From: Bdellovibrionales bacterium
GTDB lineage: Bacteria; Bdellovibrionota; Bdellovibrionia; Bdellovibrionales; UBA1609
DNA: 64,000 nucleotides
Assembly: GCA_027317865.1 (NCBI GenBank)
Contig: DAHVQG010000006.1
Location: forward strand, 64,001 to 128,000
Reading direction: 5' to 3'
Both the position numbers and the translations under genes were made by a program. The notes beneath the pieces are model-generated. The model saw only the letters and a program-made list of their open reading frames with translations. It did no database searches and was not told the origin of the DNA. Positions 48,086 to 59,775 of the stretch are shown piece after piece. The first letter of the stretch is position 1, and the number at the start of each line of letters is the position of its first letter.

Positions 48086-49198
48086 TTGCAGGAGTTAAAG
48101 CGCGGTCTATTGGCGATAAAGTACATCGCGTTTGAATTATTACCGGTATTTCTGATCGGGTTGACGATTTTTGTTTTAGTGCTGGTCATGTTCCAGTCAT
48201 TTCAATTGAGCGAATACGTGATCATTCACGGCGCACGGCTCACGGATGTTTTAAAAATGGTGGCGTACGTCACGTTGGGTTTTTTGCCGATTCTTTTGCC
48301 GATTGCACTATTATTTGCGGTTCTGCTCACCTACGGAAGAATGAGCGGCGATTCCGAAATCGTCGCAATGAAAGCGCTGGGGTTACGGCCCATCCACATG
48401 CTGCTCCCGGCGTTAATCGTCGGGCTTTGCGTTTCTGTATTGTCTCTGCAATTGTCGTTTCGCCTCGCGCCGTGGGGCAATCGCGAACTCAACATTCTGC
48501 TCACGCGAATTGAAGAAACGCGCCCGACGATTACGATTCGCAACGGAGTTTTTGCACAAGGCGCATTTGATATGGTGATTTACGCGAACAAAGTCGATGC
48601 CGCCAACAATCTCCTCCATAATGTTTTTATTTATGATGAGCAAAACCCAAAAGCGCCACTTACCATTATCGCAAAAGAGGGGCGGCTCATTACTCACGAA
48701 ACGAAATTGGGTCAGGCGGCGTATTTGCAATTGTCAAATGGCAGCGTTCACAAATCGTCAGCGGCATCGTATACAAAAATCGACTTTTCAACCTACGACA
48801 TTAAATTATTCGACCCCAACACAGTTAAAAAAACAAAAATCGGCCCCCAGCAAATGAATATGGGTCAACTTTATGCTGCCATACACAAAATGCCGAAAAA
48901 CGATTCGCATCGAGTCGATTATCTTTTGGAGTGGAATACGCGCTGGGCTCTATCTGCCACCTGTCTAATTCTAGCGCTCGTCGGGATGGGGCTTGGCACA
49001 ACAACCAACCGTCGCACTGCTCGTAGCGGAAGTATGGTCATTTGCATCAGTGCCGTCGTCGTTTATTGGACACTCTACGTCGCATTCGAAAGCCTCGCTC
49101 ACAGTGGTAAGCTCCCCGTCCCGGTCGCCGCTTGGATGACCAATCTCATCTTTTTGATCTTTGGGCTCTACCAGTTCCAGAAAGTTCGTGATCGCTAA
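48086..49198 (+). CDS. lptF: LPS export ABC transporter permease LptF
   Basis: GRMSGDSEIVAMKALG, GVF, IIAKEG, jellyroll domain, AAWMTN; six TM. Confidence 0.88.
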   Translation: MQELKRGLLAIKYIAFELLPVFLIGLTIFVLVLVMFQSFQLSEYVIIHGARLTDVLKMVAYVTLGFLPILLPIALLFAVLLTYGRMSGDSEIVAMKALGLRPIHMLLPALIVGLCVSVLSLQLSFRLAPWGNRELNILLTRIEETRPTITIRNGVFAQGAFDMVIYANKVDAANNLLHNVFIYDEQNPKAPLTIIAKEGRLITHETKLGQAAYLQLSNGSVHKSSAASYTKIDFSTYDIKLFDPNTVKKTKIGPQQMNMGQLYAAIHKMPKNDSHRVDYLLEWNTRWALSATCLILALVGMGLGTTTNRRTARSGSMVICISAVVVYWTLYVAFESLAHSGKLPVPVAAWMTNLIFLIFGLYQFQKVRDR

Positions 49199-49876
49199 AA
49201 TATCATTGGCGTCACGTATCGGGAACGCTCCTCCGTCGCAAATTAAATCAAGACCGCCAAGCCCTGGATCTAACGGGAACGTCGGAACTGCAGCCAGAGT
49301 TTTGTTGAATTCGCGGACAAATCGCGCCGTCATAAGCGTGCCACTACGTCGCTTTGCCTCTACGACAATCGTCAGAGGAGAAATCGCGGCAATTAAACGA
49401 TTGCGCGCCCAAAAAAATTCGCGTCGCATTTGGCTGCTCGGACTAAACTGGCTGACCACTGCGCCGCCGGCTTCGACTACAGGCTCAATCCAATCGACGA
49501 GCGCAGGAGGGTAAATTTGCATAAGCCCCGCCGGAACAAAAATTACCGTCGGCATCCGGCACCGAAGCGCCATTTGGTGCGTTTTCATATCGATGCCGCG
49601 TGCACCGCCACTAACCAAAACAAAAGACCGCTTTTGTAATAAAAGCGGTAATTCTTGTTCCATCCATCTCAGAGACGCGCTCGAGGGATTACGGCTGCCA
49701 ACAATTGAAATGCAAAAGTGTTGATTCCATACGGGTTGCCCCCAGTACGTCAACATATGCGCGCGGATGGGCATATCACGAAAAGCTCGCGGGTAATCGA
49801 CCGCTCCCGGGTATGTGATTTTCACATTTGTTTGTTCGCACCATTTTTTTTCGTGATCGGAAAATAAATCGAACAT
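48971..49876 (-). CDS. dprA: DNA processing protein DprA/Smf (Rossmann core)
   Basis: YP, IVGSR, VSGGARGID, F..RNRLIA, VVEA..RSGTL.TA, AVP. The 3' end overlaps lptF. Confidence 0.9.
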   Translation of the reverse strand: MFDLFSDHEKKWCEQTNVKITYPGAVDYPRAFRDMPIRAHMLTYWGQPVWNQHFCISIVGSRNPSSASLRWMEQELPLLLQKRSFVLVSGGARGIDMKTHQMALRCRMPTVIFVPAGLMQIYPPALVDWIEPVVEAGGAVVSQFSPSSQMRREFFWARNRLIAAISPLTIVVEAKRRSGTLMTARFVREFNKTLAAVPTFPLDPGLGGLDLICDGGAFPIRDANDILAITNFLELVEPKDQKDEIGHPSGDRDGELTTVSEAFECDVECPINDDGTDANDHTSATSSATVGCCAKPHPDER

Positions 49877-49973
49877 GCTAGAGTCCTCTTGCGAGCACTA
49901 ATGCAACTCTCAAGCCATGCCGAGCATAGTCACTTCTTTAATTTCGCCGTAATCAACTTCCGGATTTGTCCGG

Positions 49974-51776
<1,803 letters not shown>

Positions 51777-51809
51777 ATGAACATCCTTGTTCGATTTCGC
51801 TAATTATTA

Positions 51810-52427
51810 TTATTCGACCTGTCTGCCGGTACTACGCTCCGCTTGCAGTACTTTTTCTTCCATCCCCGCTTTTAACACTTCAGGACTACCTGGGAATTCA
51901 TGACGTATCTGCTGCAAAACTTCTTCCGAAAACTTATACAATCCCAACTGCTGATAACACACAGCTTTGCCGTATAAAGCCGCCACGTACTTTTTGCCTT
52001 CGGGATAATCCGTTAAAATACGCTGAAAATCGCGCAACGCCTCAGGCGTCATTCCTAAAATTAAATATGTTTCACCCCGCAAATACAGCGCGCTGTCGGC
52101 AAAAACGCTTTGCGGAAAGCGATAAACAAATTGCGAGACGTAATAATCGAGCGCGCCAAGCTGGCGCGCTTGGTAGGCGCGAACAACAGCCGAGTAAAGC
52201 GACTGCTCGTTTAGCGGACTCGGGAGCGGATATTTCTTGTCTATTTGAGCTTGTTCACGGTGGCGGGCATTTTCTAAAACTCTTGAAAAATTAAATCGCT
52301 CTTGTCGTTTTTCAAGACGCAAATGACGATAAAATAGTTGAGTCAAATTTACCGATGGTTGAACAGGCTTTTGAGCGCAACCAACGCTAAACGCAAGTCC
52401 GAGTAAGCCCAATAATGCAGCCTTCAT
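51810..52427 (-). CDS. TPR lipoprotein, CpoB/YbgF- or BamD-like
   Basis: Lipobox SVGC; FPQSVFADSALYLRG, YPEGKKYVAALY, FPGSPE TPR pattern. Confidence 0.78.
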   Translation of the reverse strand: MKAALLGLLGLAFSVGCAQKPVQPSVNLTQLFYRHLRLEKRQERFNFSRVLENARHREQAQIDKKYPLPSPLNEQSLYSAVVRAYQARQLGALDYYVSQFVYRFPQSVFADSALYLRGETYLILGMTPEALRDFQRILTDYPEGKKYVAALYGKAVCYQQLGLYKFSEEVLQQIRHEFPGSPEVLKAGMEEKVLQAERSTGRQVE

Positions 52428-52466
52428 AAATATCAGGTTAACCAAAGAACTCGCTTCTCGCAAAAG

Positions 52467-52475
52467 TTATCCACA
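52467..52475 (+). promoter_or_regulatory. Perfect DnaA box with adjacent inverted half-site
   Basis: TTATCCACA, then GGTTT and TGTGGA, in a divergent intergenic region. Confidence 0.55.
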
Positions 52476-52704
52476 GGTTTTGTGGAATGGTTGCGCCACT
52501 CGACCATGGACCTATTGTCAGACAACGGTTAGAGCGAATTGCATAAATTCTGCGCACAGGTAAGTGCATGAAACTAATTGATTTTTTTAGATCTTGCTGA
52601 CCCCCTTAGTTTTTAGAAATTCACATTCTTAAACTGCTAGTTTCGGTTTCCGGACCGTTTCGGAAAAAATGAAATTTCCTGTCAGATTTTATTGTAGCTA
52701 ACCG

Positions 52705-53652
52705 TTGGCAAGAAAAATGCTTCTGGGGCAAAACATGTGGAAAACGGTTTTAGCTGTAACCCTCGTACTTTTCTTTTCAAACACTTATTTGCACAATTTT
52801 TTAGCAGATACGGTTTGGCTTAGCCATCGCGTCTGCCTTGATCGATTTCAAACAACCGGCATAACTGCTCATTTTTATCGCACTGTTGTGTGCGCCGAAC
52901 GAAGTGAAAATGGGTTCGGCAAAAATAGGACTGCTAATGCCGTCGTATTACTCATGGTCTCGTCATTACAAATTGTTTGGCTTGAAATTTTGCTATCGCT
53001 TTACATTCGCCGCCAATCGCTTGCGGGTTCCATTGTTATTCCTCTCGTGATCGTCTTGTATGCATTTGCCACAGGGTTGCGCCCGGTTGTCGTGCGTGCA
53101 GTTGCGCAATTATTAGTTGAGCGAACATCTCGCCGTGAAAAATGGGGATGGCCGCCCCTTTACTGTACAACCGTTGCGAGTCTTCTAACGCTCATGATGT
53201 TTCCTAACTTTGTATTAGCCGCCGGATTTCTAATCAGTTGGATTGCGGCGACTTGGGCAAGAATTGTTGCCAAATGGCCCCATCGCTATTGGTTTTTACT
53301 TCTTTTTATATATCCGGTCTTTTTCGGTTTTCCGTTCAGCCACTCGATTTCGCTTGGAGCACTTATTGGATGGCTCATTCGTCCGTTGCTGCTCGGAATT
53401 CTTATCCCGCCAAGTTTTCTTGTTTTTGTTTTTCCGATTCTTCATCGCGTCGTTGACCCGATTTGGCAGATTTATAACTGGACGATTTCAGCCCTGGCAC
53501 GAAATTTCGGTCCCGTTGCACTTTCGCTTCACTCTTCATTGTTGTTTCTTTGGAGTTATCTCCTCATCAGCCTCGCATTTGGCCTCTGGATAACCCATTA
53601 TCAGCGGCGCAGTGAAATCTGGAGTGACATCGTCCCATGCGAATTTTTTTGA
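52705..53652 (+). CDS. comEC: ComEC/Rec2 competence membrane domain (divergent, stand-alone)
   Basis: Polytopic; YAFATG..PVVVRA, P....AGFLISW; degenerate LLMVSSLQ at the HLxxxSGLH position; precedes the MBL gene. Confidence 0.65.
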   Translation: MARKMLLGQNMWKTVLAVTLVLFFSNTYLHNFLADTVWLSHRVCLDRFQTTGITAHFYRTVVCAERSENGFGKNRTANAVVLLMVSSLQIVWLEILLSLYIRRQSLAGSIVIPLVIVLYAFATGLRPVVVRAVAQLLVERTSRREKWGWPPLYCTTVASLLTLMMFPNFVLAAGFLISWIAATWARIVAKWPHRYWFLLLFIYPVFFGFPFSHSISLGALIGWLIRPLLLGILIPPSFLVFVFPILHRVVDPIWQIYNWTISALARNFGPVALSLHSSLLFLWSYLLISLAFGLWITHYQRRSEIWSDIVPCEFF

Positions 53653-54410
53653 TATTTCTTAGCGCTTTTATTTTTTCCCGTTCGATCGCACCCGAGGTTC
53701 AACCGTTTGTTGTGATTTGGAATATCGGCCAAGGGCAATGGATCACAGTCGTCACTAATAATGTGTGCATTCATTTTGACATGGGCGGTGAGTGGCTGCC
53801 TAACTATGGCAATCGCCGAACGCCGCCGGTATTGAAGCTTTGTTCTGATAAATTAAATCGTGTTTACCTTTCTCATAGCGACATGGACCACATTAAATTT
53901 TTATCTTGGGGGATGGATCATTTACTCCAATTGTGTGATGCGGCTCCACCACTTGACCCGATGAACGCGCGAAAGCGCGCCCTCATCGCGAAAGTTCCAC
54001 GCTGTCATTCCCCGTTACCCACACGTGAAGTTAAAGTAGTTGAAATCACCCCGCGGTTTAAAACTCATGAATTTAGCGGGCACAACGATTTCAGCCGGAT
54101 ATTTGTTATTTACGGTCCTTATCGCGCCATACTGATACCTGGCGATAGCGAGGCGCACGCAGAAGCCGTTTGGTCAAAGCGCTTGTACAATTTGCCACCG
54201 GTTCAAATTTTGGTGGCTGGCCATCACGGGAGCAAAACAAGCACAAGTGAAACCTTGTTACGAGCCCTGCCTAATTTACAAATTGCCGTCGCCTCGGCAA
54301 GAAAGGCACGCTACGGTCATCCCGACCCAATTGTCGTCGCCCGATTGCGTGCCGATGGCGTGCCCCTTTTGCGCACCGAAATTTGGGGCAATATCGCCTT
54401 ACAGTTATAA
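53637..54410 (+). CDS. ComEC C-terminal metallo-beta-lactamase-fold domain (separate gene)
   Basis: NIGQGQ, DMGG, SHSDMDH, PGD, GHHGS, RYGHP, LRT..WGNI. Confidence 0.88.
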   Translation: MRIFLIFLSAFIFSRSIAPEVQPFVVIWNIGQGQWITVVTNNVCIHFDMGGEWLPNYGNRRTPPVLKLCSDKLNRVYLSHSDMDHIKFLSWGMDHLLQLCDAAPPLDPMNARKRALIAKVPRCHSPLPTREVKVVEITPRFKTHEFSGHNDFSRIFVIYGPYRAILIPGDSEAHAEAVWSKRLYNLPPVQILVAGHHGSKTSTSETLLRALPNLQIAVASARKARYGHPDPIVVARLRADGVPLLRTEIWGNIALQL

Positions 54411-55517
54411 CTAGATTTTAAAGGGCCGATACTCCATGCCAAGATCGCGCGCCACGGGTTCGTATGCGACATAACCGTTGTACACATTGAGCCCAAGGTA
54501 CAAAGCGCGATCTTTTTTTACAGCCTCTTCAACTCCGTAGCGAGCGAGCATGGAACAATACTTATAAGTCGCGTTGTTGAGTGCGTAAGTCGATGTCCTC
54601 GCAACTGCGCCGGGCATATTGGGTACCGCGTAGTGGATCACGCCATCAACTTCGTAAGTCGGCTGCATGTGTGACGTCGGCTTACATGTTTCAATGCAAC
54701 CACCTTGATCAACCGCGACGTCAACAATCACGCTCCCCGGCATCATGCGCGAAACCATTTCTTTGGTAACCAAGCGCGGAGCGCGATGACCCGTAACTAA
54801 AACGGCTCCGACTACAAGATGTGACTGAGAAATTGCTTCTTCAATATTATGCGCATTCGAATAAAGCGTTTGGATACGTCCTTGAAATACGTCATCCAAA
54901 TATTCGAGACGCTTATGATTGACGTCGAGAATCGTGACGTTAGCACCTAAACCAACCGCCATTTTGGCAGCGTTTATTCCCACAACTCCACCACCGAGAA
55001 CGGTAACTTGCGCGCGCTCAACACCTGTCACGCCGCCGAGAAGCACGCCCATTCCGCCGCGATCTTTTTGTAAATACGTCGCGCCGATTTGTGTCGCCAT
55101 CCGTCCGGCAACTTCGCTCATCGGAGTTAGAAGCGGCAGCGAGCCATCTTCAAGTTGAATCGTTTCATAGGCTATGGCTTTAACTTTACGATCGCAAAGT
55201 GCTTTCGTGAGTTTGGGCTCGGGCGCTAAGTGCAAATAAGTGTAGAGCACCAAATTTTCATGCATAAGATTATACTCTTCAGGGAGCGGCTCTTTCACTT
55301 TAACTATCATTTGAGCTTCGGCCCAAACATCTTTGGCCGATGGCAAAATCTTCGCGCCCGCCTTTTCATACGAGTCATTTGAAATATGACTCCCGACGCC
55401 GGCATCTTTTTCGATGTAAACGGTATGACCTTCAATAATAAGCTGACGAACCGAAGCGTCTGTGAGCCCAACTCGGTTTTCACCAATTTTTATTTCTTTA
55501 GGTACTCCAATGATCAT
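54411..55517 (-). CDS. ald: Alanine dehydrogenase
   Basis: IGVPKEIK..ENRV, KVKEP, LLTPMSEVAGR, DVAVDQGGC, VPNMPGAV. Confidence 0.97.
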   Translation of the reverse strand: MIIGVPKEIKIGENRVGLTDASVRQLIIEGHTVYIEKDAGVGSHISNDSYEKAGAKILPSAKDVWAEAQMIVKVKEPLPEEYNLMHENLVLYTYLHLAPEPKLTKALCDRKVKAIAYETIQLEDGSLPLLTPMSEVAGRMATQIGATYLQKDRGGMGVLLGGVTGVERAQVTVLGGGVVGINAAKMAVGLGANVTILDVNHKRLEYLDDVFQGRIQTLYSNAHNIEEAISQSHLVVGAVLVTGHRAPRLVTKEMVSRMMPGSVIVDVAVDQGGCIETCKPTSHMQPTYEVDGVIHYAVPNMPGAVARTSTYALNNATYKYCSMLARYGVEEAVKKDRALYLGLNVYNGYVAYEPVARDLGMEYRPFKI

Positions 55518-55571
55518 TTTAATTTCTCCCGCCCGCAGGCTGGCCTGATTTTCTATTGGCAGCGGGAGATA

Positions 55572-56486
55572 CTAGGCCCAAAGATATTGTACTTCAAGCG
55601 GATTTTCTGGCAGGTCCGCGCCAAGTTCAATGACGCGAAAACTATCGTTTGATTCCAGAATTTTTCGAACAAGACGGTTCATCAAATCATGACCCGCCTT
55701 ATAAAGGACAACATGACCCATCAACGGCAACCCAAGCGTCACCAGATCGCCCAGCGCATCGAGAACTTTGTGACGCACAAATTCGTCCGGAAAACGCAAA
55801 CCTTCAGGATTTAAAATTTCGTCAGTATCTAAAACTATGGCGTTTTCCATACTGCCGCCACGAGCTAAACCTTTGGCGCGCAAGGCTTCAACTTCTCGGA
55901 GAAACCCAAATGTACGCGCGGGTGCCACATTGCGACTAAACGACTGCTCGTTAATGTCGATATCGAGGGATTGGCGGCCGATCTTGGGGTGCGGGAATTC
56001 AATAGTGGCTGAAATTCGAAGACCATTGTAGGGAGCAACATAGGCGTATTTATTGTCATCGCCAAAATAGATATTTTGATTGATGTAAATGTATTTACGC
56101 GGCTGTTCTTGTTCAACCATTCCGGCGCTAACAAGCGCATCCAAAAATATTTTGGCGCTGCCGTCACCAATAGGAATTTCCGGCCCGTCGAGTTCAATGA
56201 TTAAATTGTCTATTCGAAACGCCGCGAGAGTCGATAAACAATGCTCGACAGTCGATACTGAAAAATGATCGCCACCTAATGTTGTGGCTAATTGAGTAGC
56301 GCGCACATGATCGGCTTTAGCGGCCAAAGCCGGCCGCCCCGGCAAGTCCGCACGCACGAAATAAACTCCCGTATTAACGGGCGCTGGACAAAAGGTCAGC
56401 TTTGTCGGCTGACCTGTATGCAGACCTATTCCGATGACTTCGACACGGTTGCGTATCGTTCGTTGTAAAAACATGTATTTACTCAT
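55572..56486 (-). CDS. lpxC: UDP-3-O-acyl-GlcNAc deacetylase
   Basis: QRTI, GIGLHTG, TVEH, EIPIGDGSA, ARTFGF, DEFVRHKVLD..GDL. Confidence 0.97.
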   Translation of the reverse strand: MSKYMFLQRTIRNRVEVIGIGLHTGQPTKLTFCPAPVNTGVYFVRADLPGRPALAAKADHVRATQLATTLGGDHFSVSTVEHCLSTLAAFRIDNLIIELDGPEIPIGDGSAKIFLDALVSAGMVEQEQPRKYIYINQNIYFGDDNKYAYVAPYNGLRISATIEFPHPKIGRQSLDIDINEQSFSRNVAPARTFGFLREVEALRAKGLARGGSMENAIVLDTDEILNPEGLRFPDEFVRHKVLDALGDLVTLGLPLMGHVVLYKAGHDLMNRLVRKILESNDSFRVIELGADLPENPLEVQYLWA

Positions 56487-56724
56487 TTATACAAATTTAA
56501 TGCCAATGGCAAAGCATCGCTAAAGCATGCATTTAAGGTGGGTAGGAGCTCTAAAACACATATTTGATACCAATTGCATGTGGCTGAAAAACAACACGTG
56601 TGTGACGATCGCAACACGCTCATCATTTTCTTTTTGTAATCCGGTTTATTGGCGCGCTCGCAATCTAAAAATGGCATTTTCAACCTACTTAAAAAATAGC
56701 GGGAGGGGTGAAGGCAGGTGAATC

Positions 56725-57516
56725 GTGGGAGCAATATCAGGACTAAATCGCATCGCAATTGCGCTTTTAATTAGCGTGGTGGCACCGGCGGGGTTTTCAG
56801 CGTCTCCGATCGGTCACTTCGGCGACGATTGCGATGAACTATTATCGAACTTCGCAACTCTCGACACATCCGTCGAAAGGCCCTTGACTAAGATTTTTAG
56901 AGATCACGCCTTTGAACTTGTTTCTCCCGACTCAAAAGAGGTGTCGGAACTGAAACTTTCACATTTTTATACTCTCCTTCGAAATGAGATCCTGACAGAA
57001 GCACTCCCCTCAAAGCAACTCTACAACTGGATTTTAACTGAAAAAAAAATGGGGGACCAGGTTCGAGACGGGTCGCTGCCAGCTGACAATACAGTTAAAA
57101 TTTTGCGCCATACTCTGCAAGCGCTAGTAGTGACCGCCGTTGCGTCGGATCTCATCCCAATTGTCGAAGACATTGAGACGGAATACAAAATGGTATTTGC
57201 ATCGCTGGTTATTTCGCAACGGGCGCCGCCGGCTAAGTGGAAGGTAAATTTAAAAGCAATTACCGACTCGTCGTCACGCGATTTTATTCGCCATAGCCCT
57301 CTCACCCAATATCGACTTTTTCATTTTCTACAAAAGGGCCCGTATTTGGGCCGAGTTGAAGTTCTGTATCGCGAGCTCTCAACTCTGCAGATCCGTGCCG
57401 CGCAAGAAATTCAAGCTCAAAAGCGGCCCGTTGACCCGCGCGTTCAGCCGTTTGTAGATAAGGTTTTAGGGCGTCACGCAGATTTGGCGGCACTAAGAAA
57501 ACCGTGGTGGCGCTGA
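56725..57516 (+). CDS. Hypothetical secreted protein
   Basis: 263-aa ORF filling the lpxC-ruvB gap; signal-like N-terminus; no recognised domain. Confidence 0.6.
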   Translation: MGAISGLNRIAIALLISVVAPAGFSASPIGHFGDDCDELLSNFATLDTSVERPLTKIFRDHAFELVSPDSKEVSELKLSHFYTLLRNEILTEALPSKQLYNWILTEKKMGDQVRDGSLPADNTVKILRHTLQALVVTAVASDLIPIVEDIETEYKMVFASLVISQRAPPAKWKVNLKAITDSSSRDFIRHSPLTQYRLFHFLQKGPYLGRVEVLYRELSTLQIRAAQEIQAQKRPVDPRVQPFVDKVLGRHADLAALRKPWWR

Positions 57517-58554
57517 TTTTTCTATTTGTTCGTCAGTTTCTAAATGTTCGCTCGCACGGCGAGTGATGATTCGGCCGCGGGGTGTTTTTTGCAACAAGCC
57601 TTCTTGAATCAAAAATGGCTCATAAACTTCTTCAATTGTATCGGTCTCTTCGCTCAGAGCTGAGGATAAAGTTTCAATGCCAACTGGTCCGCCGCCGAAC
57701 TTTTCAAGTATTAACAGCAGAATTTTTCGGTCCATTTGATCAAGACCCAACCGGTCAACCTCTAATTCATCCAATGCATAGCGGGCGAGTTCCGTTGTTA
57801 TCACGCCGTCGCCACGAACGTCGGCATAATCTCGCACGCGCCGAAGTAGCCGGTTGGCAATTCTCGGAGTACCACGACTGCGGCGCGCGATCTCTTCAGC
57901 TCCGTCGGAGTGAATTGAGATATTCAACAACCGCGCTGAACGCTCGAGAATTGCCACAAGGGCGCCGCGATCGTAAAAATTGAGCCGCTCCAAAATGCCG
58001 AAGCGGTCACGAAACGGCGCCTTTAGCAAACCGGCCCGAGTGGTCGCCCCTATTAATGTAAATGGTGCCAGTTGAAATCGCATCGTACGTGCGCCGAGAC
58101 CTTCACCGGTTACAAGATCGAGAGCAAAGTCTTCCATCGCGCTATAGAGATATTCTTCAACATCCTTCGACAGCCGATGAATTTCGTCGATAAACAAAAC
58201 CGAGTTGGGGCGCAAACTTGTGAGTATGGCCGCGATGTCACCTTTCTTTGCAATTGCGGGCCCCGACGTGATTTTGAGTTCAACCCCCATATGGTGGGCA
58301 ATGATATGGGCGAGTGTCGTTTTACCAAGACCGGGTGGGCCGCACAGTAGAGTATGGTCGAGTGGCTCTTGGCGGGAGCGAGCCGCTTGCACAAACACTT
58401 GAAGTTTATCTTTTACTTTCTCTTGACCTGGAAATTCCGAAAATTGTTTTGGTCGCAAACTTTGATCTAAATGTTTGTCGGTTTCAATCTTTTCACCCGT
58501 CGTGAGACGCGCGGCCGTTACGTTTTCCGTTGTCTTTTCTATTGCGTTTTCCAT
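57493..58554 (-). CDS. ruvB: Holliday junction helicase RuvB
   Basis: [45 protein letters not shown]. Confidence 0.98.
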   Translation of the reverse strand: MENAIEKTTENVTAARLTTGEKIETDKHLDQSLRPKQFSEFPGQEKVKDKLQVFVQAARSRQEPLDHTLLCGPPGLGKTTLAHIIAHHMGVELKITSGPAIAKKGDIAAILTSLRPNSVLFIDEIHRLSKDVEEYLYSAMEDFALDLVTGEGLGARTMRFQLAPFTLIGATTRAGLLKAPFRDRFGILERLNFYDRGALVAILERSARLLNISIHSDGAEEIARRSRGTPRIANRLLRRVRDYADVRGDGVITTELARYALDELEVDRLGLDQMDRKILLLILEKFGGGPVGIETLSSALSEETDTIEEVYEPFLIQEGLLQKTPRGRIITRRASEHLETDEQIEKSAPPRFS

Positions 58555-58567
58555 AACATTATCCTTT

Positions 58568-59140
58568 TCAACAGTTCGAAAGACTCGTCAGCCCCATTTT
58601 CACGCCTTCGTTGAAATCCGTCGACGGATCCATCTTATCCACGGTTTTTTCGACCTCAGACAATTTAAACCCGAGATTCACCAAGGCCGAAATGATATCC
58701 GAGCGTGCGGCAAAACCACCAGCACCCAATTCGGAGTTCTCTAAAACGAGTTTACCCTTTAACTCCAAAATAATTTGTTCGGCTGTTTTCTTACCAACCT
58801 TAGGCAATTGCGATAAGCCTCGCACATCGCCATCATCAATCATTTGCACAATTGAATGCATAGGCGCACCCGAGAGAATTTTCATCGCGACCTTTGGACC
58901 GATCCCGTTAACTTTCACGAGCGACAAAAACAATTCTTTTTCTGCTCGCGAGGCAAATCCAAAAAGTTGAATGACATCTTCGCGAACGTGCGTGTGGATA
59001 TAAAGTTTTGCCGATTTGTGCCCAACGGTCGAATCGTACGTATAATTTGACACGTAAACCTCATAGCCGACTCCGCCGACATCGAGAATCACAATTTCGT
59101 CGCTGTAGCGCGAGACTTGGCCCTGCAACTGCGCAATCAT
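58568..59140 (-). CDS. ruvA: Holliday junction binding protein RuvA
   Basis: [40 protein letters not shown]. Confidence 0.97.
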   Translation of the reverse strand: MIAQLQGQVSRYSDEIVILDVGGVGYEVYVSNYTYDSTVGHKSAKLYIHTHVREDVIQLFGFASRAEKELFLSLVKVNGIGPKVAMKILSGAPMHSIVQMIDDGDVRGLSQLPKVGKKTAEQIILELKGKLVLENSELGAGGFAARSDIISALVNLGFKLSEVEKTVDKMDPSTDFNEGVKMGLTSLSNC

Positions 59141-59676
59141 TTTATTACCTCATTTCGTCCATGACTCCGAGACGCCCCCGATACGCTCCAAATTTTAGCT
59201 GATTCCACTTCGCGCGTGCAGCAAACAGCAAGTGCCAGAGCATCAGTTGCGTCTAAACTTTCGGAACGCAACGAAAACAACCTCTCAATCACCCACTTCA
59301 CCTGTTCTTTTGCGGCCGCCCCCGTCCCCGTCAGCATTTTTTTTACATGCCGGGTGGCGTACTCGTAAACCGGCAAATTGTGGGCGCCGGCAACGGCCAA
59401 AATGACTCCGCGAGCGTGCCCAAGTTTAAACGCGCTATCGGCGTTTTTTGCCATAAACACCTTTTCCACTGCCAATGCATCAGGCTGGAATTGTTCAATT
59501 TTCTCCTCAAAAAGTGCCAAAAGCTTACCCAATCGCTGGGGCAGCGGCCCAGTTTCACCAAGCGACAGGACCCCGTGCCCTAAGCAGACCGACTCACTCG
59601 ACTGAGCTTGACGACCGGACGCAACGACCCCCCAACCCGTAAACCTTGATCCTGGATCAACCCCTAAAATGATCAT
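59137..59676 (-). CDS. ruvC: Crossover junction endodeoxyribonuclease RuvC
   Basis: ILGVDPGS..TGWG, AVEKVF, KLGHARG, GTGAAAKEQV, DATDALA. Confidence 0.96.
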   Translation of the reverse strand: MIILGVDPGSRFTGWGVVASGRQAQSSESVCLGHGVLSLGETGPLPQRLGKLLALFEEKIEQFQPDALAVEKVFMAKNADSAFKLGHARGVILAVAGAHNLPVYEYATRHVKKMLTGTGAAAKEQVKWVIERLFSLRSESLDATDALALAVCCTREVESAKIWSVSGASRSHGRNEVIK

Positions 59677-59775
59677 CAAAGCATGCGCACGACCGCTGTA
59701 ATTTGGCTCGTGCCTCCTCGTGGTCATTAAACACGCTGTTGTATTCGATTTCAACAAATGCAAAAATACCTAAAG

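Noticed and set aside
52464-52704. Chromosomal replication origin
   Set aside because: Only one perfect DnaA box and no dnaA/dnaN/gidA/parAB context; kept only as a possible regulatory site.
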